Source: an uncultured virus (IMG/VR IMGVR_UViG_3300030450_003626)
Lineage: Duplodnaviria > Heunggongvirae > Uroviricota > Caudoviricetes
Virus record (IMG/VR): IMGVR_UViG_3300030450_003626
Strand: one strand, 5' to 3'
DNA: 64,000 nt
The notes under the pieces are model-generated. The model saw nothing but the letters and a program-made list of their open reading frames with translations. It did not search any database and was not told the DNA's origin. Positions 29,021-36,472 of this stretch are shown piece after piece. How positions within the stretch are numbered: the stretch's first letter is position 1; each line of letters begins with the position of its first letter. The position numbers were made by a program, and so were the translations under genes.

Positions 29021-29786
29021 TTTCTTCCTCCCTGTCACTCGCCACCAGAACAGGCGACGGCCGGTTGAATTGAAATACCGCACGGGCAAAGCCGCGCGGG
29101 GTCGCACTGCGGATGTTCTTGGTCCTTAACGACTTGCCGCCCGTCTTGCCCAAAATAGGCGAAAACACCCTGCTCTTCGTCGGATCGGTCCTGTCATACG
29201 CAATAGACAAGTGCGGAACACTGCGAAGCATCGGCATCTTGAACCCGCCACCCGTCCATAGACAGGTGCGCTTGCGGTACGCATCACGCGGCGGAATAAT
29301 GTCAGGCCATTTCGGATGAACATCGTCCTCTGGCAAATAACCACCAAAATCGCACGGGTCAAACCTGTGATCAGGCTTGTGCCACAAACGCGATAACGCA
29401 CCCACAGGGTTCTCAATGTAGTACGGGCAACCCAAAGACCCCGCAAACCAATCAGTTAACAGAACATGATTCGCCGCTTCCGTCTGAAAATCCGGATTGG
29501 CCTTTGCCTTCTTGGACCACCAACGCGCACCAGACGCCGCAAGGTCCGTACAAGGCGGGAACGCACTCATGAAGACAGCGCTGTCCGCATGGCGATGCAG
29601 TAAACAACGCAATGTATCTAAGTCGTACAGGTCAGCGTGCGCGTAAGTGATAGAGCCAGAACGGTGGATCGAGGTGGTGGAAGTGGAATGCTGAATGTCA
29701 TACGCAAAACACTCATACCCAGCCTCTGCCCACGGGCGTAAAGCCTCGCCCGTGTAGTCATACAACGAAATAACTTGGTTTCTCAT
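29013..29786 (-). CDS. Phage Dcm-like DNA methyltransferase
   Basis: ISLYDYTG, FPPCTDLA, IENPV, YRKRTCLW and RSATPRGFA motifs. Confidence 0.75.
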   Translation of the reverse strand: MRNQVISLYDYTGEALRPWAEAGYECFAYDIQHSTSTTSIHRSGSITYAHADLYDLDTLRCLLHRHADSAVFMSAFPPCTDLAASGARWWSKKAKANPDFQTEAANHVLLTDWFAGSLGCPYYIENPVGALSRLWHKPDHRFDPCDFGGYLPEDDVHPKWPDIIPPRDAYRKRTCLWTGGGFKMPMLRSVPHLSIAYDRTDPTKSRVFSPILGKTGGKSLRTKNIRSATPRGFARAVFQFNRPSPVLVASDREEENA

Positions 29787-29812
29787 AACTCTCCCTTTCT
29801 AAGTTCTCGCGT

Positions 29813-29842
29813 ATTGTAGCATGAATCATGGACCACGGTCAA
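29813..29842 (-). promoter_or_regulatory. Sigma70-like promoter for the methyltransferase operon
   Basis: TTGACC-18 bp-TACAAT on the minus strand. Confidence 0.6.
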
Positions 29843-29849
29843 ATGTGAA

Positions 29850-30193
29850 TTGCCTTGCCATGCCCGGAGTTGCCCAACCGTGCCGCGCCGTGCTTCGCCA
29901 CGACTGACTTGCCTTGCCATGCCCGGCCTTGCCCTACCCGGCCTTGCCATACCGCAACTGCCTTGCCTTGCCGCACGCTGACTCGCCAGGCCGCACGCTG
30001 CCACGCCTAGCCTAAACTGACTTGCCCGGCCGGACCTTGCCTCGCCATAACTGCCTTGCCTTGCGTTGCCGAACCCGGCCCGGCCCCGCCTGACCTTGCT
30101 GTGCGTTGCCACACCGCGCCATGCCTAAACTGCCTTGCCTTGCCTAGCGGTGCCGTACCTTGCCCCGCCCCGCCTCGCCCAGCCGCGACTGAC
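29850..30193 (-). ncRNA. GGY-NN pentamer array, six units; putative guide-RNA precursor
   Basis: 64 pentamers counted by hand, 49 starting GGY and all 64 with a pyrimidine at position 3; register slips only at six GKCA-GTY junctions; starts 5 nt after the upstream stop codon. Confidence 0.8.
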
Positions 30194-30198
30194 TCGAG

Positions 30199-30675
30199 TT
30201 AAGGACTGATCAGGTAATCCCCGTGACTCTTCAAATCACGGCACAAGGCCCGCATACTGCGCGCACGATTAGCCTGAGAAGCGTCCATCTTCAATTCAGA
30301 CAAAGCCTCAAGCTTCGCCGATAATTGATCGACGCTGCCCACAACCTCACCGATTACAAAATCAAGCTTGGACTGATCCTTCACAACACGCTGCAAAGGC
30401 TCATAACGACGGTCAGGGCTGTCGTTGATCTCAACAGAAACATACTTGGGCGTCCTGCTTCCCGAAGGCGTAACAATCTTTACCCGCTTGATCAAAACAC
30501 GCGCCTGACTGATCCGATGCTGATGACCCGCCTTGGCATCGTCCCACTCAAACCATGAGTGGAGCGGGTTGTTGGGGTCCTTTGCGACCTCAACAACCGC
30601 CTCTGGCGTCAGACCAGTTTCTGTCTGGTCAATCCTGTCTAACTCATCGGATAAAACAGAGTTTTTCAACACCAT
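30199..30675 (-). CDS. Accessory protein of the RAMP/array module, function unknown
   Basis: 158 aa; LTPEAVVE.AKDPNNPLHSWFEWDD..A...R..QAR motif; TAATG-coupled to the RAMP gene. Confidence 0.75.
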   Translation of the reverse strand: MVLKNSVLSDELDRIDQTETGLTPEAVVEVAKDPNNPLHSWFEWDDAKAGHQHRISQARVLIKRVKIVTPSGSRTPKYVSVEINDSPDRRYEPLQRVVKDQSKLDFVIGEVVGSVDQLSAKLEALSELKMDASQANRARSMRALCRDLKSHGDYLISP

Positions 30676-31301
30676 TATGCCGCCTCCGAAAGCTCACTGA
30701 CCATGGCAACGTCACCCAATTCAAAACGACCAAAATCGCCGTTCTTCTCAGGGCGCCACTCACCAATGCCAACGGACAAACCCGCACGATACAAAAGAGA
30801 CGCAATCGAAGACGCCGAAATGTTGTCCTCGTCATATTCAATCGTCAGGGTAGCACTCCATTGCGGGAACTCAGGACGATACCGAAGGTCCATGGCCTGT
30901 TGGACCTTGACCTCATCCGTCCGCATTATCGGCTCCCCGTGAATACGAACGCACGGGATTTGACGAACAACATCACGACCATCAGCCTCAATGAAAAACA
31001 TCTGACGAGCGTCAGTCATGGTGATCCCGTCAACCATCTTGCTGGCACGAATTGCCGCCTGCTTGAAAGCATTACAAGGAAAACCATACGAACCGTCTTC
31101 GAGCTTATAAAAACAGGCTTCATACTCCTCCTGCGGTTTACGCTTCTCACGCTTTACCGCTTTCTTGATGCCCGCGTGCTTATCCTGCATCTGCCTACGG
31201 ACCTTTTCCGAATACGCATTGCAGATCAACCCCGACCGACTCTTGATCGAAAGGTTCAACACGTTAAAGTTTACAGGCTGGATCTCAACAAGATTACTCA
31301 T
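30675..31301 (-). CDS. Stand-alone RAMP (Cas7/Csm3-like) RNA-binding protein, 208 aa
   Basis: N-terminal beta strand then SGLI; YGFPCNAFKQA (like the P.SS.KG motif of Cas7-group RAMPs); RPEFPQW; C-terminal Gly-rich loop AGLSVGIGEWRPEKNGDFGRF; GGAG RBS. Confidence 0.75.
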   Translation of the reverse strand: MSNLVEIQPVNFNVLNLSIKSRSGLICNAYSEKVRRQMQDKHAGIKKAVKREKRKPQEEYEACFYKLEDGSYGFPCNAFKQAAIRASKMVDGITMTDARQMFFIEADGRDVVRQIPCVRIHGEPIMRTDEVKVQQAMDLRYRPEFPQWSATLTIEYDEDNISASSIASLLYRAGLSVGIGEWRPEKNGDFGRFELGDVAMVSELSEAA

Positions 31302-31333
31302 CACTTTCTCCATCTCTTTCTTTGTGGATAACC

Positions 31334-31363
31334 ATAGTACCTTTAAACATGGACCATGGTCAA
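31334..31363 (-). promoter_or_regulatory. Sigma70-like promoter of the RAMP module
   Basis: TTGACC-18 bp-TACTAT; shares 15/16 nt (TTGACCRTGGTCCATG) with the promoter at 29827-29842. Confidence 0.6.
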
Positions 31364-31430
31364 TACAGTTATTCCCTATATACAGCGATTTGAGAAAAAT
31401 GTTTTTTAAAAATAAATTTTGGACCAAAAT

Positions 31431-31545
31431 AAGTGTATAAGTGTATATGGGTGTATTTTCTACCTGTAGCAGGTTGATAATGTTCAATTTAGGTCAATAC
31501 ACTCTTTATACAGACTATACACTTGGTACCCTTTTTATACACTTT
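31431..31545. repeat. Cluster of inverted GTGTAT / ATACAC repeats in an AT-rich intergenic region
   Basis: Three GTGTAT copies (31433-31456) face three ATACAC copies and one ATACAG (about 31497-31542). Confidence 0.6.
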
Positions 31546-31621
31546 TCTAGCCGCACGGCCATTTGACCATGGGAAATAACAGGGTTATTTTGAAAAGTGC
31601 TTGTTATAGGGAGAGACCTCG

Positions 31622-32209
31622 ATGAAGCGTAAAATGGAAGTGAAAGCAGAGCAAATTGAAGAGGCTCACGGGCGGAAGCTGACCAATCGGCAAAAGACCT
31701 TTGCCCGACATTACGTGGACGGTACGCACTCAAACGCGGAATGCGCGCGTCTTGCCGGGTACTCTGACAAGAACGGTATCGCGAAAATCCAAGCGCACAA
31801 ACTGCTCAACGCTAAATACTTCCCGCACGTTGCCGAGTACGTTTCAGAGCTCAGGGAGGAGCGTGAACGGAAGTATGGTGTAACCCTCATGGGTCAGTTG
31901 AAGAGGCTCCGCGAACTCTCGGAAGGTGCTGAAGAAGCCGGTCATTTCTCCGCAGCTATCAACGCGGAAAAGACTAGATCTGCCTTGGGCGGCCTTACAA
32001 CGGATCGACGGGAGACGAACCACTTCCACGCCATTGAGAACATGAGCCGTGACGAAATTGAGAACAGGCTTTCAGAATTGAGGAAGAACCACCCAAGCGT
32101 TTTTGTAGAAGCCCAGTATGAGGTTATAGATGGCGCAGAATCCCGAAACGCTGATGTGGAAGAATCTTCGGGCAAAGATGCCAAAGCATTGGCACACCAC
32201 GAGGATTGA
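31622..32209 (+). CDS. terS: Terminase small subunit
   Basis: LTNRQKTFARHYV...ARLAGYS HTH, AAINAEK..LGGL pattern. Confidence 0.8.
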   Translation: MKRKMEVKAEQIEEAHGRKLTNRQKTFARHYVDGTHSNAECARLAGYSDKNGIAKIQAHKLLNAKYFPHVAEYVSELREERERKYGVTLMGQLKRLRELSEGAEEAGHFSAAINAEKTRSALGGLTTDRRETNHFHAIENMSRDEIENRLSELRKNHPSVFVEAQYEVIDGAESRNADVEESSGKDAKALAHHED

Positions 32210-32594
32210 AAATAGGTTTGGGGGAGGTATCCCAGACGTTCATGTATGCGCGGAAAGTTTGGCTTTTTGGATAGAACTCAAAACAACCAAGACTAACCGC
32301 GTAAATGTTTCAGCACATCAAGTTGCTTGGAATTTTGCGTATTCTCAGTCGGGTGGCGTAAGTTTCTTCCTTGTTGCCCCTCTCTCTTCCTCAAACCTAT
32401 ATTTGTTTGACGGTAGCCAAGGTCGGGGCCTCGCGGAACACGGACTTAGGTCGGGGTCGGTCGGGTCAGGGACAATGGTCCCGTGCCTTTGGTCGGGGCC
32501 GGTCGGGTCGGGGTCGGGGTTTTTCGATGCGTTGCTCGAGATCGTTCGGGGTCGTGTCGGGGCCGGTGGCCCGCGGCAATCTGCCGCCGAATAA
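32130..32594 (+). CDS. PD-(D/E)XK nuclease, Holliday junction resolvase / VRR-NUC-like
   Basis: E..., RIEN..GGGIPDV, WIELK and HQVAW motifs. Confidence 0.75.
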   Translation: MAQNPETLMWKNLRAKMPKHWHTTRIENRFGGGIPDVHVCAESLAFWIELKTTKTNRVNVSAHQVAWNFAYSQSGGVSFFLVAPLSSSNLYLFDGSQGRGLAEHGLRSGSVGSGTMVPCLWSGPVGSGSGFFDALLEIVRGRVGAGGPRQSAAE

Positions 32595-32597
32595 AAT

Positions 32598-32631
32598 ACC
32601 CCGACCGGCTCAAGGGGAAAAGCCGGTCGGG
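32598..32631. terminator. Stem-loop between convergent genes
   Basis: ccccgaccggct / agccggtcgggg inverted repeat. Confidence 0.55.
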
Positions 32632-32665
32632 GCGGCCACCCGATGCATCGGGTGGCGCGGCGCCA

Positions 32666-32938
32666 TTATGTGTCAACAACCGGCGCCGAACTCTGGAGTT
32701 CTTTCGTTATCAGGTCCCTGTATGCGACATATTCCTCAATCATGTTGCCAACCAGGGCTTCGCTGACAGGGGTTCCCTGTTCCGTGTAATGGTCCGCGAT
32801 CGATCGGTAATTGTGTCGGACGGGGTCTCGTTTGCCCCCGCAACGGGGGCACGGCCGAACCTCCCTTCGACCGTCCCGCTCGAGTAGGTACATTTCGCGT
32901 GCGTGCCAAGCGCGATCTTTTGCTGTGAATTTGGTCAT
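32666..32938 (-). CDS. Hypothetical protein
   Basis: Coupled to the upstream gene; one CxxC. Confidence 0.5.
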   Translation of the reverse strand: MTKFTAKDRAWHAREMYLLERDGRREVRPCPRCGGKRDPVRHNYRSIADHYTEQGTPVSEALVGNMIEEYVAYRDLITKELQSSAPVVDT

Positions 32939-33678
32939 CAGTACCCCCGCACTACAAAGCCGCTTTCGTCCGCTTTCGCTTTCTTGCCCTTCGGATCCAG
33001 CCCGACAATGACAGGCGACGGGTCCAAATGCCGCAAGTCATGTTCCGTCCCGTCGATGACGGGGCAACCCATGAACGTTTTAGGCTGGCCATGGCCAAAC
33101 ACTACCGCCACGTTATGACCCGCGGCGAGTACCTTTTCCGCGTCGGCTTTGTTCGTTTCCGATAGGCTAAAGGTCAAGTGATAGTTGTCTGGCTTGCGCT
33201 GGTCCAGAATGCGCCGTGCGTTTTTGGTGTAGTCAATGAATTGCGTTTCCGGGAACCGTTCCGGCAACGTTTGGCCATTGTCCGTTTTTACCCGCTCAAA
33301 CGGAATGTCCGTTGACCCGTTCGGACGAATGGCCAGCTTCTTGTTTTCGCGTTCCGCTTTCCGGACCATTGCGCGGATATGGTGCGCCATTTCGGCCATG
33401 AACGCGTTCCGGTCGGTCATAAAAAACTGCGCCTTTGCTTTGCGGCTTTCGCGCACCGTGTTGGTCCCGTGTTCAAGGTCGGAGACCATTGCGGCTTGCC
33501 CGCTGTACATGCCAAGGCATAAGTCGCGGCAACCTTGGCTCGAGTGCGGGCACAAGTTACCGGCGCCGCCCGTGGTATGGGGAGCCATATAGTTGATGGC
33601 GTTTAGGTATCCATACTTGTCGGCTTTGATAGCCTTCGCGCTATCAGTCGAAAAGAATTTTGTGAACTTGGGTTTCAT
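32938..33678 (-). CDS. GP88-family (radical-SAM-like Cys cluster) phage protein
   Basis: NLCPHSSQGCRDLCL, RPNGSTDI, FIDYTK, NYHLTFS and IDGTEHDLR motifs. Confidence 0.7.
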   Translation of the reverse strand: MKPKFTKFFSTDSAKAIKADKYGYLNAINYMAPHTTGGAGNLCPHSSQGCRDLCLGMYSGQAAMVSDLEHGTNTVRESRKAKAQFFMTDRNAFMAEMAHHIRAMVRKAERENKKLAIRPNGSTDIPFERVKTDNGQTLPERFPETQFIDYTKNARRILDQRKPDNYHLTFSLSETNKADAEKVLAAGHNVAVVFGHGQPKTFMGCPVIDGTEHDLRHLDPSPVIVGLDPKGKKAKADESGFVVRGY

Positions 33679-33787
33679 GGTGATTTTCCCGTTGTTGGTT
33701 GTTGACGGTCCTATATTACCATTATTTTCCAGGATGTCAAGTCGGGTTTATCGGGTCGGTCGGGGTCGGGTCGGTCGGGGTCGGGGC

Positions 33788-33821
33788 ATAAAAAAGCCCC
33801 GGCCAGGGTGGCGGCCGGGGC
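33788..33821 (-). terminator. Rho-independent terminator
   Basis: gccccggcc / ggccggggc stem followed by T6 on the minus strand. Confidence 0.65.
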
Positions 33822-34071
33822 ACCCGGTAGTTACCGAGCAGCAACCAGGGAGGTAATCGCGCTCGAGGTACGGGCGCCGGCAGCTTACGGCCGGCCCCGC
33901 TCCCCCGTCAACTACTCTAGGCGTTCGTTCAGTTCATCTTCCGTGTATCCGTGGAAGCACGTGCCGCAAACCAATTTGGTTTCTAACCATTCGCACGGCG
34001 AATTGTGGGGGTCAAACATCCCCCCACAAGAATCGCAATTGACTGTTTCGTTTCCGTAGAAACCTGCATCG

Positions 34072-34434
34072 TTACGCTGCATATTCCAATTGCTCCCCTT
34101 CTATCCAAACGGTGATTGAACCACCCTTGCAAATATTTGCAACCTGCCCTTCGGATAAGGGTAGGAACTCCGCAAAATCGTCGCCGCTAATGGCGTGGGT
34201 CTTATCCCACAGCGTGTCACGATTTGCTTTTGTTGGCTTGTAGCCCTTGGCGTAGACGACCGCCCGAAACCTTTTTTCGGTTGGTGACATTAGGTAGATA
34301 CCCTCATCCTTGACCAGCCAAAGGCCTTGTTCTTCCGTTGTTTCGCCCGTGTACGGAATTTTCCGCTCATGCGCCATCGCGTGTTTCATCATTGGCGCGA
34401 GGTCTTTTGACCAGAATACTAATTTTGTTTTCAT
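34072..34434 (-). CDS. DUF3085-like protein
   Basis: LWLVKDEGIYLM, YAKGY.P and GDDFAEFL motifs. Confidence 0.7.
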   Translation of the reverse strand: MKTKLVFWSKDLAPMMKHAMAHERKIPYTGETTEEQGLWLVKDEGIYLMSPTEKRFRAVVYAKGYKPTKANRDTLWDKTHAISGDDFAEFLPLSEGQVANICKGGSITVWIEGEQLEYAA

Positions 34435-34451
34435 AATTTCCCTCATTTGCT

Positions 34452-34493
34452 GTTGACGCATACCATTATATATGGGAGTATCATCCTGTCAAC
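34452..34493. promoter_or_regulatory. GTTGAC-N30-GTCAAC divergent promoter cassette
   Basis: Minus strand TTGACA-16 bp-TATAAT; lies between divergent genes. Confidence 0.65.
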
Positions 34494-34509
34494 AACGAAA
34501 GGGAAGAAA

Positions 34510-34983
34510 ATGTCCACAAGAGCCTGTTACACTTTTTGCGATCCTAATGGCTCGCGATACCATGTTTATAAGCATCACGATGGCTACCCGTACCATGGGC
34601 TGCGGAGCGTGGTTGATGGCGTTTTGTCGGAATGCGGCGGATTGGTTTGGATTGAAGATGCCAAACCGTTCGCGTGGGAATTGCCTAGGTTTGAGGCTGA
34701 CGATTATGCGGCGGCGTTCGTCGCGGCGAATAAGCCAAGTGATGGCGGCGGTGTTCGCCTTATTAGTACGCGCGAGCCTTGGCAGTTCAGCAGCGATTCC
34801 GAGTACTGGTATAAGGTTTCCGTATCTTCTGGCGGACCATTTCCACAGGTCACGGATGTTTACGTTGAAGTCTACCGTGTTGATTGGTGGAACCGTGAAG
34901 ACCTCCGCGAAGAGCTCGTGAGCGAGGGACTGCTTTTAGACTTGCTGGAAAGGGAACGCAAAAAAGTCAAAATTCCGGCATAA
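34510..34983 (+). CDS. Conserved hypothetical early protein
   Basis: MSTRA...VYKHHDGYP motif. Confidence 0.65.
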   Translation: MSTRACYTFCDPNGSRYHVYKHHDGYPYHGLRSVVDGVLSECGGLVWIEDAKPFAWELPRFEADDYAAAFVAANKPSDGGGVRLISTREPWQFSSDSEYWYKVSVSSGGPFPQVTDVYVEVYRVDWWNREDLREELVSEGLLLDLLERERKKVKIPA

Positions 34984-34998
34984 AAATAGCGGGGCGCT

Positions 34999-35040
34999 GT
35001 TGACACCAGCAGCGTCCCGTGTATAATGGGAACCGTCAAC
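34999..35040 (+). promoter_or_regulatory. Consensus sigma70 promoter within a GTTGAC-N30-GTCAAC cassette
   Basis: TTGACA (35000-35005)-16 bp-TATAAT (35022-35027). Confidence 0.75.
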
Positions 35041-35062
35041 AGCAAACAAAGGGAAATTAGAA

Positions 35063-35332
35063 ATGGCAAAGAATCTATTCCGGAAAACCGCTCCCGCAGA
35101 CCGCCCGTATGCGGTCTATGAAGACCCCCGCACGGGCTGGCGCTGGGAAGTGCTGCACACTTGGAAGCACGCCACGAGCGAGGACAAAGACCCCTATGCG
35201 AAGTGGTTTTGCAAGGTCAAGTCCCCCATAGTCCCCGAAGGGGAGATGGGCGACGTTTATCGTAACAAAATTTTGGCGGACGCCGTTCTGGTCGATGCGA
35301 CGACCGAATGGCGCGCCGAATACGGGTTGTAG
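35063..35332 (+). CDS. Hypothetical early protein
   Basis: Follows a strong promoter; PYAVY...WRWEVL...YAKWFC.VKSP pattern. Confidence 0.65.
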   Translation: MAKNLFRKTAPADRPYAVYEDPRTGWRWEVLHTWKHATSEDKDPYAKWFCKVKSPIVPEGEMGDVYRNKILADAVLVDATTEWRAEYGL

Positions 35333-35491
35333 AAGGGGGCTAATTTGGGGAGGTGAGCGGTGGCGTCACCCGAAAATAGGTTGCCTGACGCGCCCGCCCC
35401 CTGCCGCCATAGTGAGAGCTGAGGATCGGCTGGCGGTGACATTGGGGCCAAGGTAATCAACCACCGCACTTTTTTAACAAGGGAGAGAAAT

Positions 35492-35680
35492 ATGTCTGAT
35501 AAATATTGTGTCGCAACGTGTCATGGGGGGACTGATTTTGGCGTATTTAAATCAGGGCCTAATGATGAACAACTAACCTTAGAGGAGGCTAATAAAGCCG
35601 CTGGCGACCATGGTCAGGGTTATTTTGTTTTGGACTGCACGCCAGACGAATACTGGTCAGAAAAAGGGGAAACATCATGA
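35492..35680 (+). CDS. Hypothetical protein
   Basis: GGGAG RBS, 62 aa. Confidence 0.55.
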   Translation: MSDKYCVATCHGGTDFGVFKSGPNDEQLTLEEANKAAGDHGQGYFVLDCTPDEYWSEKGETS

Positions 35681-35841
35681 AGAACGTTGAAGATCGTCGC
35701 CGCAGTGCTCTCGCGCGTTTAGAGAGCTCTAAATTTTTCCACAAGGTCGGGAAGGACGGCCGAAAAAGGACTCGGGCCGCTTGGGAGGACAGGCGGACCC
35801 GCGAAATAGAAACCCTCCGGGCCAGGCTCCGGATTGCATAA
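35677..35841 (+). CDS. Small Arg-rich protein (54 aa)
   Basis: Read manually; ATGA overlap; ends just before a terminator. Confidence 0.5.
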   Translation: MKNVEDRRRSALARLESSKFFHKVGKDGRKRTRAAWEDRRTREIETLRARLRIA

Positions 35842-35845
35842 ATTT

Positions 35846-35872
35846 AGGGCGGCCCTTCGGCCGCCCTTTTTT
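35846..35872 (+). terminator. Rho-independent terminator
   Basis: agggcggcc-cttc-ggccgccct followed by a T-run. Confidence 0.8.
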
Positions 35873-36074
35873 ATTCTATAAGGCCGTAATATCTTAGGAT
35901 GCGGTGGCTGTTGCGTGGCATGTCGCGTTTCCCGTTAAGGTATGCCGCGATGTGGCGGGCCTCAATTTCATCCAGCCCATCGTCAATAACCCAATCGCCT
36001 AGGCTGGGGGACCAAATCCCCCAGCCCAAGATCTCTTCTTTTTCGCCGTAATACGGTGACGCTTCAAAGGTCAT
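35871..36074 (-). CDS. Hypothetical protein
   Basis: Coupled chain of small minus-strand ORFs. Confidence 0.5.
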   Translation of the reverse strand: MTFEASPYYGEKEEILGWGIWSPSLGDWVIDDGLDEIEARHIAAYLNGKRDMPRNSHRILRYYGLIE

Positions 36075-36268
36075 GGCGCCCCCTCAATTGCCAGCGCTTT
36101 TGGATAATCCTCCCGCACGTCCGATTCGGTTTCGTACAGGGACACGGCGAAAGTTTCATCGCCTGACCCGTCGCAAACAGGGCAATCGCTTTCAACGCCC
36201 GTTTGGCTCTCGCGGACGCCGCTACCCTCGCAGGTAGCGCACGCCCTTGTGACCTGAAAACTATTCAA
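36071..36268 (-). CDS. Small DnaJ-type zinc-finger protein
   Basis: CATCEGSG...CPVCDGSG. Confidence 0.6.
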   Translation of the reverse strand: MNSFQVTRACATCEGSGVRESQTGVESDCPVCDGSGDETFAVSLYETESDVREDYPKALAIEGAP

Positions 36269-36455
36269 TTTTCAGGTCCTCAATCCTCAGGTCCGGATCT
36301 TCGTGGAACAGCTGAATCACCGAACGGTGGCCGTCCTTGTCCTTAACTTCCAACACGGTAACCGAGAATGGGTTTGTGGCTTCTTTCGGATTCCGGTGGT
36401 GTTTTGTTTCGAGCTTTACTTCCACGACCTTGTGGATCTGTAGGTACGTTGACAT
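36261..36455 (-). CDS. Hypothetical protein
   Basis: Start MSTYLQ after a GAGGGAA leader. Confidence 0.55.
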   Translation of the reverse strand: MSTYLQIHKVVEVKLETKHHRNPKEATNPFSVTVLEVKDKDGHRSVIQLFHEDPDLRIEDLKIE

Positions 36456-36472
36456 TTTGGATTCCCTCTGTT

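Noticed and set aside
29783..30112. 109-aa Arg/Gly/Ala-rich ORF over the array
   Set aside because: Composition is what a GGY-NN repeat gives when translated; 5-nt periodicity does not fit codon-level selection and there is no clear RBS
29850..30193. Canonical CRISPR array or simple microsatellite
   Set aside because: No 23-50 bp repeats with unique spacers; variation is restricted to fixed positions and punctuated by regular junctions
30555..31331. 258-aa plus-strand ORF
   Set aside because: Antisense to the RAMP gene with no motifs or RBS
31302..31487. N-terminal extension of the RAMP ORF in the track
   Set aside because: Overlaps the promoter and repeat region; the RBS supports a start at 31301
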